NCBI GenBank assembly: GCA_964527425.1
Contig: CAZGOA010000001.1
Coordinates: forward strand, 179,273 to 243,272
Direction: 5' to 3'
DNA from: an uncultured Gammaproteobacteria bacterium
GTDB lineage: Bacteria; Patescibacteriota; Microgenomatia; UBA10105; UBA927
Length of the DNA stretch: 64,000 nt
Shown here piece after piece: positions 51,554-59,940 of this stretch (positions within the stretch are counted from its first letter, which is position 1; each line of letters begins with the position of its first letter). The position numbers were made by a program, and so were the translations under genes. Below the pieces are notes generated by a model that saw only the letters and a program-made list of their open reading frames with translations, searched no databases and had not been told where the DNA came from.

Positions 51554-51742
51554 AATTTTTTTAAAACACTATTAATTACTCTGGCTGTGAAATTATACCA
51601 TTCAAGTTGAGTTTAATGAAGGCTAGTTATGGATATATGTCTTATTTGTAACAATTTAATTTTAGGGAAGTGTAATATATTTATATAGAAGTCTTATCAT
51701 ACTAGTAATCCAATATGAACTATGATTGATTAGATTACAGAA

Positions 51743-52564
51743 TTACTCTGGTAATGTAATAAGAGTATCTATTTTCTCCAATAGACCTTCTTCTAATAAT
51801 TTGTTCAAATTATACATAATTTTTTCTTTTGGCTTGTAGTAAGTGAATTCCATTTGTTTAATTAGATTTGCTTCTTCCCAAGAATTTTGTCTGACCATAT
51901 CCATTATTCTGCCTCGAATAAACCTATTCGTATCTTGAAACGGAATAGTAGAAGTTGTTTTTCTTGCTTTGGGTATTAGTTGTTTTAATTCTAATGCTCC
52001 ATAGTCCATAAGTGCTTGATGCCATTCCCATGCTTTACCATTCGGCAATAACTGATCTGCAACGTATTGGATCTCTTTTGCTGTTGCTGGTTTTTGTTCG
52101 AAAAAGTGGTGTTCTATTATTTTTTTTATGTTTGTATCAACAAACGCTAATTGATTGTTAAATGCGAATACTAATATTGCTCGAGTAGTATATTTTCCCA
52201 ATCCTGGCAAATTGAGTAATTTTTGTTCATCCTGTGGATAGTTACCTGAATATTGAGTACAAATCATTTCTGCTGCTTTTTTTAGAAACAAAGCTCTTCT
52301 GTTATACCCCATGCCTTTCCAGGCAATGATGACATTTCCTGTTTTGGCTTTTGCTAAATCTACTAGTGTAGGAAATCTTTTGAGAAATGCTGGTAGAGTA
52401 ATTAGAGCTCTTGAAACCTGGGTTTGTTGCAACATAACTTCTGAAACATGAATGATGTAGGGATCATGGGTTTTACGCCAAGGTAGATCACGTTTATTTT
52501 TAACCCACCAGGTAAAAATAAGATTCTGAAAATGTTTTTTTTGTTCCTGGGAAATTATTTTCAT
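51743..52564 (-). CDS. MutY-like HhH-GPD adenine glycosylase core, with no Fe-S cysteine loop or NUDIX-like C-terminal domain evident
   Basis: 273 aa. WWVKNKRDLPWRKTHDPYIIHVSEVMLQQTQV matches the MutY N-terminal signature. HhH-GPD region with GLGKYT. The protein contains a single Cys. Confidence 0.65.
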   Translation of the reverse strand: MKIISQEQKKHFQNLIFTWWVKNKRDLPWRKTHDPYIIHVSEVMLQQTQVSRALITLPAFLKRFPTLVDLAKAKTGNVIIAWKGMGYNRRALFLKKAAEMICTQYSGNYPQDEQKLLNLPGLGKYTTRAILVFAFNNQLAFVDTNIKKIIEHHFFEQKPATAKEIQYVADQLLPNGKAWEWHQALMDYGALELKQLIPKARKTTSTIPFQDTNRFIRGRIMDMVRQNSWEEANLIKQMEFTYYKPKEKIMYNLNKLLEEGLLEKIDTLITLPE

Positions 52565-52724
52565 GATTTTATTAGTTATAGCACACGTTGGGATATATAA
52601 CAGAGAACATGATAGAAATCCGTTATTTCAATGCGGGATGCAGAAATGCTTACAATCTGGGATCGGAATAATTCTTTTAAAGTACAAATAACCATTACCT
52701 ATGATTTAGAGACTTATAGTATTT

Positions 52725-52765
52725 CCGATCCGGGAGCGGATGAGGCTACCGATCCGGGAGCGGAA
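52725..52765. repeat. GC-rich intergenic repeat, B motif (tandem CGATCCGGGAGCGGA x2 around GATGAGGCTAC)
   Basis: CCGATCCGGGAGCGGATGAGGCTACCGATCCGGGAGCGGAAG upstream of era. An inverted homologous copy lies at 57535..57599. Confidence 0.6.
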
Positions 52766-52786
52766 GTGATGTATTAGACCATATAG

Positions 52787-53677
52787 GTGATTGTGTCAAT
52801 CTATAGTACAATACAGGATATGAAATCAGGTGTAGTTTGTTTAATTGGCCGTCCAAATGTGGGGAAGTCAACGTTGTTAAATAAATTATTAGGGCATAAA
52901 GTATCGATAACCTCTCCAAAACCTCAAACGACTCGCTTCCCTATTCAAGCGGTGTATGAAGATGAAAGAGGTCAAATACTGTTTGTTGATACACCAGGAA
53001 TATTTGGGAAAGTTAAAGATCAGATGGCAAAAACTATTAATAAAACTGCTGAGGACTCATTGCAGGAAGTTGATCTGGTTATATATATGGTTGATCATAC
53101 TAGAGAACGAGATTTTGAGGAAAATAAAGCACTGGGAATTGTAAGAAAAGTGAATGCACCTAAACTATTAGTGATTAATAAAATTGATGTTAAAACTCCT
53201 ACGCATATTGTGCAATATAAATTTATGGAAGAAGAGTTTGATCGTGTGATCGAGATATCCGCTTTAGAAGAGAAGCATTTACCCATTTTAGTAAACGCAA
53301 TTTTTGATTATTTACCAGAACGTGAAGCTATTGTTGATACAGAAACACTTTCACAACCTGCATTAAATCTAGACAGTAAGATGTTTGTTGCTGAAATTAT
53401 TAGAGAGAAAGCCTTCTTAAATTTACGCAAAGAAGTACCTTACAAGATTACTGCTGTTGTTGATGAAATTACAGAGCGTGATAGTGGATCTTTATTTGTA
53501 AAAGCAAGAATTTTAGCTACTGAAGAACGCTATCAGGCAATGGTAATTGGTAAAGGTGGATCGATGATCAAGGAGATTAGTATGGCGTCAAGAAAAGAAC
53601 TCGAGAGAGCTACGAATAAAAAAGTGTTTTTAGATTTGACTGTTGTAACTGATCCTCATTGGATGGAAATTTATTAG
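52787..53677 (+). CDS. era: GTPase Era
   Basis: 296 aa. G1 GRPNVGKSTL, G3 DTPG, G4 NKID. C-terminal KH domain. Confidence 0.95.
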   Translation: MIVSIYSTIQDMKSGVVCLIGRPNVGKSTLLNKLLGHKVSITSPKPQTTRFPIQAVYEDERGQILFVDTPGIFGKVKDQMAKTINKTAEDSLQEVDLVIYMVDHTRERDFEENKALGIVRKVNAPKLLVINKIDVKTPTHIVQYKFMEEEFDRVIEISALEEKHLPILVNAIFDYLPEREAIVDTETLSQPALNLDSKMFVAEIIREKAFLNLRKEVPYKITAVVDEITERDSGSLFVKARILATEERYQAMVIGKGGSMIKEISMASRKELERATNKKVFLDLTVVTDPHWMEIY

Positions 53678-53684
53678 TATCTTG

Positions 53685-53713
53685 TCCTTTTGTCCTCCAA
53701 AAGAACCAAAAAG
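53685..53713. repeat. AT/GC mixed intergenic repeat, A motif (TCCTTTTGTC..AAGAACCAAAA)
   Basis: TCCTTTTGTCCTCCAAAAGAACCAAAAAG downstream of era. It resembles 57466..57492 (TCCTTTTTGTCGCAGAAGAACCAAAAC). Confidence 0.45.
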
Positions 53714-53768
53714 AATAAATTGATTTTCAGATGTCTCCATTCTTACTGAAGACAACCGCAATGCAGAG

Positions 53769-55160
53769 TTACTGTAATCTTTTTAATGTTTGTTCTTTAC
53801 CTAGAACCTCAAGGGATTCTAGTAATGGTGGACCGACGGTTTTACCTGTAACTGCCAGGCGCAACATCATGAAGACATCTTTTGGTTTTTGTTTTAGTGA
53901 TTCACATAATGCCCTTACAACTTGTTCCATAGCATCATGTGTCCAATCAGTATGAGTAAGTACTTCGGATAATTTACGTACTAGTTGCTTATCCAGTGGT
54001 TTTTCAAATTCTGTGACTTCTTTAAAAAAGAATCCTGCTAAATTCCAAAATTCCGATAATGTTTTCATGCGTTCATTAATAAGGGGAAGAATTATCATTA
54101 CTTTTTCTTTTGGTAATTCTGCAATTGAAGTGTCAAATTCTATTAATCGTTTATAGAATTCTTCTATTGATAGGGCTTTAATGTATTCTTTATTTACCCA
54201 ATCGAGTTTTTGTAAATCAAAACGTGGAGCTTGTGAAGTAACTGTTTCTAATTCAAATGTTTCTATAAATTCATTGAGTGAATATATTTCTTTTCCATCA
54301 GGATGATTCCAGATAATATTTGATAAGTAATTAAGAACTGCTTCAGATAAATATCCTTGCTTTCGATAATACTCTACTGAAGCATGTCCATGTCGTTTTG
54401 ATAATTTTCCTTTACCATCGGCGTTTAAAATAAGTGGCAAATGGGCATGAACAGGCATTTTCCAACCAAAGTATTGATATAACAGAACATGTTTTGGGGT
54501 TGATGAAATCCATTCTTTTCCTCTGAAAACGTGAGTTATTTCCATTAAATGATCATCGACAACTACTCCAAAATGATACGTAGGGAATCCATCTGATTTT
54601 ATAATGACTTGATGATCGATGACATTACTATCAAATTCTATAACACCACTTAGTAAGTCGTTTACAATAATTTTTTCATTTTCTGGAATATCCATTCTGA
54701 CAACATGAGGAATGTTCTCTGATAATTTTTGTTTTATTTCGTCTTGGGATAACAACGTACAGTGCTTATCATACATGGGAGGTTTATGGTCCTGTTCTTG
54801 TTTTTTGCGCATTTCTTCTAAACGTTCTCTGGTACAAAAACAATAATATGCATGACCTTTTTTGAGCAATTCTTCTGCATATTGGGCATAGATTAGCAGT
54901 CTTTCTGATTGTCGATATGGCGCAAACGGTCCGCCAAGAAGTGGACTTTCATCGGGTGTAAGTCCAAACCATGAAAGTGAGTCATATATTACGTCTTCTG
55001 CACCTTCTACGAGCCGGTTTCTATCTGTATCTTCTATACGCAGAATAAATTTACCATGATATTTTTTTGCATATGCATAATCAATGAGTACTTGATAGAT
55101 CGTTCCAATATGAGGAAAGCCTGTGGGAGAAGGAGCAATTCTTGTTCGTATTGTATTCAT
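53769..55160 (-). CDS. gltX: glutamyl-tRNA synthetase
   Basis: 463 aa. HIGH motif (PSPTGFPHIGT), KMSKS-like KLSKR. Class I GluRS architecture. Confidence 0.95.
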   Translation of the reverse strand: MNTIRTRIAPSPTGFPHIGTIYQVLIDYAYAKKYHGKFILRIEDTDRNRLVEGAEDVIYDSLSWFGLTPDESPLLGGPFAPYRQSERLLIYAQYAEELLKKGHAYYCFCTRERLEEMRKKQEQDHKPPMYDKHCTLLSQDEIKQKLSENIPHVVRMDIPENEKIIVNDLLSGVIEFDSNVIDHQVIIKSDGFPTYHFGVVVDDHLMEITHVFRGKEWISSTPKHVLLYQYFGWKMPVHAHLPLILNADGKGKLSKRHGHASVEYYRKQGYLSEAVLNYLSNIIWNHPDGKEIYSLNEFIETFELETVTSQAPRFDLQKLDWVNKEYIKALSIEEFYKRLIEFDTSIAELPKEKVMIILPLINERMKTLSEFWNLAGFFFKEVTEFEKPLDKQLVRKLSEVLTHTDWTHDAMEQVVRALCESLKQKPKDVFMMLRLAVTGKTVGPPLLESLEVLGKEQTLKRLQ

Positions 55161-55264
55161 ATAGTTGATTGTAGCAAGCTATAACCGTATACTCAAATCA
55201 GACAAATTAAATTCTGTATATCGAAATTTTCAATCAGGAACAATTTTCGTTAAAATCAGAGATT

Positions 55265-56347
55265 TTGCATTTAGTTATTACGTATATGGCTTCATTAACA
55301 AATACTGCATACTACACGAGAAGAGCGATAAATTGGGTAATTCTTGCAATACTGTGTTACTTTATTTTGAGAATTCTTTGGAGTTTTTTTCTGGGATTTT
55401 GGCTTTTTGTATTTCCACCAAAACCAGCTCCACCCAATCATGCATTTGGTAAATTACCAGCAATTTCATTTCCAACACAAAATAGCTCTCCCTCTACAGA
55501 ATTTACATTTTCGTTAGAGACGATTACTGGAGGTTTACCAATAATTGCTTCTGAATCTGCTTCCGTCTATTTTATGCCTAAGGCTTCGCCTAATCTACTC
55601 GCGATTCCTCAAACGCAAGAATTTGCTAAATTATTGAATCTAAATCCAAATCCTATTCAGGAAAGTCGTACTATTTATCGTTTTGATGATGCTCAATACC
55701 CACTAAGAAGACTGCGGTACGATATCGTATCTGATAATTTTGTATTGAGGTATGGATATGAACAAGATACAAGTATTTTTACAGAAGGTACAATTAGAAA
55801 CCCTCAAATAGCACAACAAGAAGCAATAACCACATTGTTAAATTATGATCTTTATACTGATGATTTTATAAATGGTGAAAAAAAAGTTACTAATTTACGA
55901 TTAGTTGGAAACACACTCGTTCCTGTGGAAAATCTCTCAACAACCGATGCTATGCGGGTAAATTTTTATAGAGGTTCTATAAATAAACTTGCTGTAGTAA
56001 CACCAAATCCTGATGAGGGTCAAATTAGTATTACCTTTAGCGGCTCATCAAATCCCAAGCGTCGGCTTATTGAGCTAGTTTATACCTACTGGCCGATTGA
56101 CTATCAAACATATGCAACTTATGGTCTGAAGAAAATTGATGTGGCTTGGCAGGAATTACAAAACGGAAAAGGTTATATCGCGAAATATCCAATTGATGGA
56201 AGCAAGCAAGCAATTGTTCGTAATGTCTATCTTGCATATTATGATAGTTTTGAACCTCAAACATATTTACAACCAATTTATGTATTTGAGGGCGATCAGG
56301 AATTTGTTGGGTATGTTCCTGCTATTGTTCCTGAGTGGACTGAGTAA
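55265..56347 (+). CDS. hypothetical membrane-anchored protein (360 aa)
   Basis: N-terminal TM helix followed by a probable extracytoplasmic domain. True start may be the Met at residue 8. Confidence 0.5.
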   Translation: MHLVITYMASLTNTAYYTRRAINWVILAILCYFILRILWSFFLGFWLFVFPPKPAPPNHAFGKLPAISFPTQNSSPSTEFTFSLETITGGLPIIASESASVYFMPKASPNLLAIPQTQEFAKLLNLNPNPIQESRTIYRFDDAQYPLRRLRYDIVSDNFVLRYGYEQDTSIFTEGTIRNPQIAQQEAITTLLNYDLYTDDFINGEKKVTNLRLVGNTLVPVENLSTTDAMRVNFYRGSINKLAVVTPNPDEGQISITFSGSSNPKRRLIELVYTYWPIDYQTYATYGLKKIDVAWQELQNGKGYIAKYPIDGSKQAIVRNVYLAYYDSFEPQTYLQPIYVFEGDQEFVGYVPAIVPEWTE

Positions 56348-56361
56348 TTTTATAAATCTTA

Positions 56362-57363
56362 TTAAGCTGCAGGTGATGGTCCATAATTTATCCATTGATG
56401 ATTATTAAAAATCCATTGTATAAGTAATTCAGTATCACTAAAGCGATCTTTACTTCGTAATGCAACAATAATCACTTTTCTCCCGTCTCGTTGTACCATT
56501 GTAACTAAGTTCTCTCCTGCTTGAGGAGTAAATCCTGTTTTTATTCCTGATACACCAGGTATTTTACCTAACAGCATGTTTGTTGTCCGTAATTGATGAA
56601 ATATTTTGTAATCCACATCTGGTACGGTTATTTGAGGTACTGATACAATTTTTGCAATTAACGGGTATTGTATTGCAAACCGTGCCATATTAGCTAAATC
56701 TTTGGCTGTCATATTGTGATCAACATCATCAAAACCTGCAGGGTTTACAAAATGTGTTTTATTCAGTGAAAGCTCTTGTGCTTTTTTATTCATTACATTC
56801 ATAAATCCTTGAGGACCTTGTGGATGATGTTGTGCTAATACATAGGCTGCATCATTTGCTGATTCTATAAGTAAACCATATAGTAAGTTTTCTACTGTCA
56901 TTCTCTCACCAGGGACTAAATCCATAATTTGACCAGAGAGTGTTGCCTCTTTTACTACTACAATATCATCGGGTTTATATTCATCGAGAGATACCATTGC
57001 GGTCATAAGTTTTGTTGTTGAAGCTGGTGCTAATAATTCCTCTGCGTTTTTTTGATAGAGAGTTGCTCCCGATGAAACGTCTACTACATAAACACCGTAT
57101 GCACTAATCTCATCTCCTGGAAGAATACCAGTTGTATTTAACGGATACGGGGCCGGAGTTGGGATGGCAAGCGGTTCCTTTGCAATAAGAGGAAACTCTG
57201 GAATAGTAACTATTATTCCCTGATTTTGTTTATGAGGGGTAATAAGAAAAATGAGACCAAGCAGGATAAGAAATACTATTTTTTCTCTACTATTAACCCA
57301 CCAGAATTTATTATTTCTGAAAGATTTTCTAGCCATATGTTGATAGTACACGACATTAAACAA
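56362..57363 (-). CDS. dacA: D-alanyl-D-alanine carboxypeptidase (serine peptidase S11, PBP5-like)
   Basis: 333 aa. N-terminal TM anchor. ASTTK (SxxK), SAND (SxN) and KTGFT (KTG) motifs. Confidence 0.85.
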   Translation of the reverse strand: MFNVVYYQHMARKSFRNNKFWWVNSREKIVFLILLGLIFLITPHKQNQGIIVTIPEFPLIAKEPLAIPTPAPYPLNTTGILPGDEISAYGVYVVDVSSGATLYQKNAEELLAPASTTKLMTAMVSLDEYKPDDIVVVKEATLSGQIMDLVPGERMTVENLLYGLLIESANDAAYVLAQHHPQGPQGFMNVMNKKAQELSLNKTHFVNPAGFDDVDHNMTAKDLANMARFAIQYPLIAKIVSVPQITVPDVDYKIFHQLRTTNMLLGKIPGVSGIKTGFTPQAGENLVTMVQRDGRKVIIVALRSKDRFSDTELLIQWIFNNHQWINYGPSPAA

Positions 57364-57465
57364 AAAAGGTATAAATATTTTTTCTTCTTATGAGATGAAT
57401 TTTATAGTCATATTGAAATAATGTACGAAAACTATTTAATTTTGAGATTCTATATTTATTTGTAG

Positions 57466-57492
57466 TCCTTTTTGTCGCAGAAGAACCAAAAC
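57466..57492. repeat. intergenic repeat, A motif copy
   Basis: TCCTTTTTGTCGCAGAAGAACCAAAAC. Direct-orientation homolog of 53685..53713. Confidence 0.45.
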
Positions 57493-57534
57493 TTGTAAGT
57501 CGGCAGAAAAAAGTCTTAGGGGCTGTATTATTCT

Positions 57535-57599
57535 CGATCCGGGATACAGACATTCCTCCGATCCCGGATCGGTAGCCTCATCCGAGCCGGGATCGGTAG
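57535..57599. repeat. GC-rich intergenic repeat, B motif copy (inverted relative to 52725..52765)
   Basis: CGATCCGGGATAC...CCGATCCCGGATCGGTAGCCTCATCCGAGCCGGGATCGGTAG. Its reverse complement aligns with the copy upstream of era (CCGATCCsGGnnCGGATGAGGCTACCGATCCGGGAkCGGA). Confidence 0.6.
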
Positions 57600-57606
57600 A
57601 TACTGC

Positions 57607-59517
57607 TTATTTGGTAAATGAACCGATAATTGGATTTGCTGCTTTTTCGTAATCTTGCTCTTTGATTGCAATTGTTTTTGTGTGTAATCCAGGATTAAAA
57701 TAGATAATTTCATTCTGACGGAGGCTTTCATCTACGTATAATGGAATAGAAAATATATGACCGAGTGGCGGGACTGCACCGATTTGAACAGTAGTTACCT
57801 TTTCTACTTCTTCTGATGTAGCCATACGTAAATCTTTAACTTGGTATAGCAGTTTAAAAGCTTTCATGTCTATTTTTTTATCACCTGGAACAGTAACCAT
57901 AATCGGTTTGTTGTCTGCATACAGAAGAATGGCTTTTGCTCCTGTTGAGACACTAACTCCTCTTATTACTGCTGCTTCTTCTGATGTTTTTACAGGCACA
58001 TGTTCCGTTACTTCAAATTGAAGTTGCTTTCGTTTGAGATCCTGCACGATTCGATCAAAAACAGATGTTTGAGAGGACATAAGAAGTGTTAATCCCAATT
58101 CTTCTAATTGTCCGTTATCGACTGGACTTGGTGCATCCATAATGGCGGTGCGGCCTGTTGATGTCATTGGAAAGGCTATGGTTTCTTTGAGTGATTGCTC
58201 TTGGGTAAGTAGCATAACCAATCGATCTAAGCCTAAGGCAATACCTCCATGTGGCGGCGTTCCTAATTCGAAGGCTTCGAGCATATGACCAATACTTTCT
58301 TGTATCTCAGAATCTGTATATCCCATGATCTTCATTGTTGCTCGTAATACTTCTGGCTGGTGGGCTCTGATACTACCACCTCCAACTTCATATCCATTAC
58401 ATACTAAATCATATTGTGCCGTTACTATCTGATCGATATGTTCTCCTTTTATATGCCAATCAATATGTTCTTTTATAGGAGTACTGAATGGATTATGAGT
58501 AAATGTCCATCCGCTTTTACCGTCTCGTATTTCTGCTGCATCTCCTGTATCAACTTTTTTGAAAAACGGAAAATTAACGACCCAGGCAAAGGCAAGAATG
58601 CCTTCTTTCTTTTCTTCTTCTGTACGGATATCAAATTTATCAGCACCATGTGTTTTTAATGCATCTTTGTACTGAATAATAGGGAACGTTTGATCTTTAA
58701 GTTTGCCACCCACTGCGGTAACTGCAGTTTTTACTATATCTTCTATAATTTTCATAACATCTTCTTGTTCAACGAAACTCATTTCCATATCAAGCTGGGT
58801 AAATTCAAATCCGCGATCTGCTCGTAAATCTTCATCACGCATACAACGTGCCATTTGAAAATATCGTTCTACACCAGCTGTCATGAGCAATTGTTTATAT
58901 TGCTGTGGGCTTTGCGGTAATGCATAGAACTTACCCGGTTGAAAGCGGGATGGCACAAGAAAGTCTCTTGCACCTTCTTTTGTTGATTTAGTTAATAAAG
59001 GTGTTTCAACTTCTACAAATTCACGTTCATAAAACGCTTCTCTTATTGCTCGATAAAATTTAGAACGCAACTCAAGAATATTGTGCATACGTTCTCTACG
59101 TAAATCTAAATAGCGATACCGAAGTCTCATTTCTTCACTAATCGAGTATCCATCGGTATCGATTGGAATGGGGAGTTCTTTACTTCTATTTAAGAGAATT
59201 ATTTTTTGCACTTCTATTTCTACTGTACCAGTGGCTAAATTAGGATTTATCATTGACTCTGGTCGTCGTCTAACTATTCCAACTATTTCTATTACGTCTT
59301 CCGCATGCAGACTTACGCCTTCTTGTTGTTCATTCAATCCATATGACTTCAGTGCATCAAGCATTATTTCTTTTGATAAAACTGTTTGGACAATACCTGA
59401 TTTATCCCGAAGATCTAAAAAGATTATTTTGCCATGTTTACGGATAGTATTTATCCAACCTTTTAGTGTAATTTGTTCTCCTGTTTTGGATATTGTATCG
59501 TTTGATAGTGTACGCAT
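57607..59517 (-). CDS. aspS: aspartyl-tRNA synthetase, bacterial type without GAD insertion, fused to a C-terminal YbaK/ProX-like deacylase domain
   Basis: Start set at the Met at 59517 (MRTLSND...) because of the AAAGGAGG RBS 7 nt upstream. The ORF-track start at 59586 would add 23 codons across the leader terminator. Class II motifs: FRDEDLRADR, GGGSIRAH, GLDRLVM. The canonical C-terminus (DAPSPVDNGQLEELGL) is followed by about 150 aa matching YbaK/ProX (AKAILL...VTVPGDKKIDMKAFKLL...LRMATSEEVEKVTTVQIGAVPPLG...YVDESL...IYFNPG...IAI). Confidence 0.85.
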   Translation of the reverse strand: MRTLSNDTISKTGEQITLKGWINTIRKHGKIIFLDLRDKSGIVQTVLSKEIMLDALKSYGLNEQQEGVSLHAEDVIEIVGIVRRRPESMINPNLATGTVEIEVQKIILLNRSKELPIPIDTDGYSISEEMRLRYRYLDLRRERMHNILELRSKFYRAIREAFYEREFVEVETPLLTKSTKEGARDFLVPSRFQPGKFYALPQSPQQYKQLLMTAGVERYFQMARCMRDEDLRADRGFEFTQLDMEMSFVEQEDVMKIIEDIVKTAVTAVGGKLKDQTFPIIQYKDALKTHGADKFDIRTEEEKKEGILAFAWVVNFPFFKKVDTGDAAEIRDGKSGWTFTHNPFSTPIKEHIDWHIKGEHIDQIVTAQYDLVCNGYEVGGGSIRAHQPEVLRATMKIMGYTDSEIQESIGHMLEAFELGTPPHGGIALGLDRLVMLLTQEQSLKETIAFPMTSTGRTAIMDAPSPVDNGQLEELGLTLLMSSQTSVFDRIVQDLKRKQLQFEVTEHVPVKTSEEAAVIRGVSVSTGAKAILLYADNKPIMVTVPGDKKIDMKAFKLLYQVKDLRMATSEEVEKVTTVQIGAVPPLGHIFSIPLYVDESLRQNEIIYFNPGLHTKTIAIKEQDYEKAANPIIGSFTK

Positions 59518-59745
59518 ATTGCCTCCTTTGTGAGCACAAAAAAACGCTCCCTCTATATAAGGACGAGCGCAATGTCGTGGTACCACCTTATTTTTCCTTA
59601 GATTTCTAAAGGACTTATTACAGCTTTATCGGAGCTTATCCGTCTGGTTCTACTAATCTATAACGATGTTCTTCCAGCCGTTTGAGACAATCTCTATCAA
59701 TATGTCAATATTGATGTAACGTTACGATGAGTATAAATCAATTAG
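59518..59745 (-). promoter_or_regulatory. T-box riboswitch-like leader of aspS with promoter and terminator/antiterminator
   Basis: Minus strand: -35 TTGTCA / 17 nt / -10 TATACT (59730-59758). Leader contains a GAUAGAGA K-turn-like start. T-box consensus-like AAGGUGGUACCACG at 59573-59586. Immediately after, terminator hairpin GCGCUCGUCC..GGGAGCG plus U7 (59538-59570). Then AAAGGAGG and ATG. Confidence 0.55.
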
Positions 59746-59751
59746 ATTGTG

Positions 59752-59780
59752 TTGACAAGAGAGTTATGTGCTTTTACAAT
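59752..59780 (+). promoter_or_regulatory. plus-strand sigma70-like promoter sharing its -35 region with the aspS promoter
   Basis: TTGACA (59752-59757) / 17 nt / TACAAT (59775-59780). The same bases read TTGTCA on the minus strand for aspS. Confidence 0.45.
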
Positions 59781-59886
59781 TAGCACTATTATTATGCAAT
59801 CCATCGCTATTATTACCGTCCGCTTTAATACCCTTCGTATGGGTGAGAGCGGTTGTGTAATATAACGAAAATTATTTAAAAAAATC

Positions 59887-59920
59887 ACAACCTCTCACTA
59901 ATAAAAAGAGAGGTTTTTTT
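59887..59920 (+). terminator. intrinsic terminator hairpin (bidirectional architecture: A-run / stem-loop / T-run)
   Basis: AAAAAAA-CACAACCTCTC-ACTAATAAAAA-GAGAGG-TTTTTTT, 20 nt upstream of the 59941 start codon. Confidence 0.55.
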
Positions 59921-59940
59921 GTGTTTTATGGAAAAAACGT

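Noticed and set aside
51417-51554. 5' part of the supplied ORF 51027..51554 (175 aa)
   Set aside because: The first 46 codons are a translation through tRNA-Gln (51483..51553). The CDS start was moved to the Met at 51416.
59518-59586. N-terminal 23-codon extension of the aspS ORF (MVPRHCARPYIEGAFFCAHKGGN)
   Set aside because: It runs through the T-box terminator hairpin and the AAAGGAGG RBS. The Met at 59517 has the proper RBS spacing.
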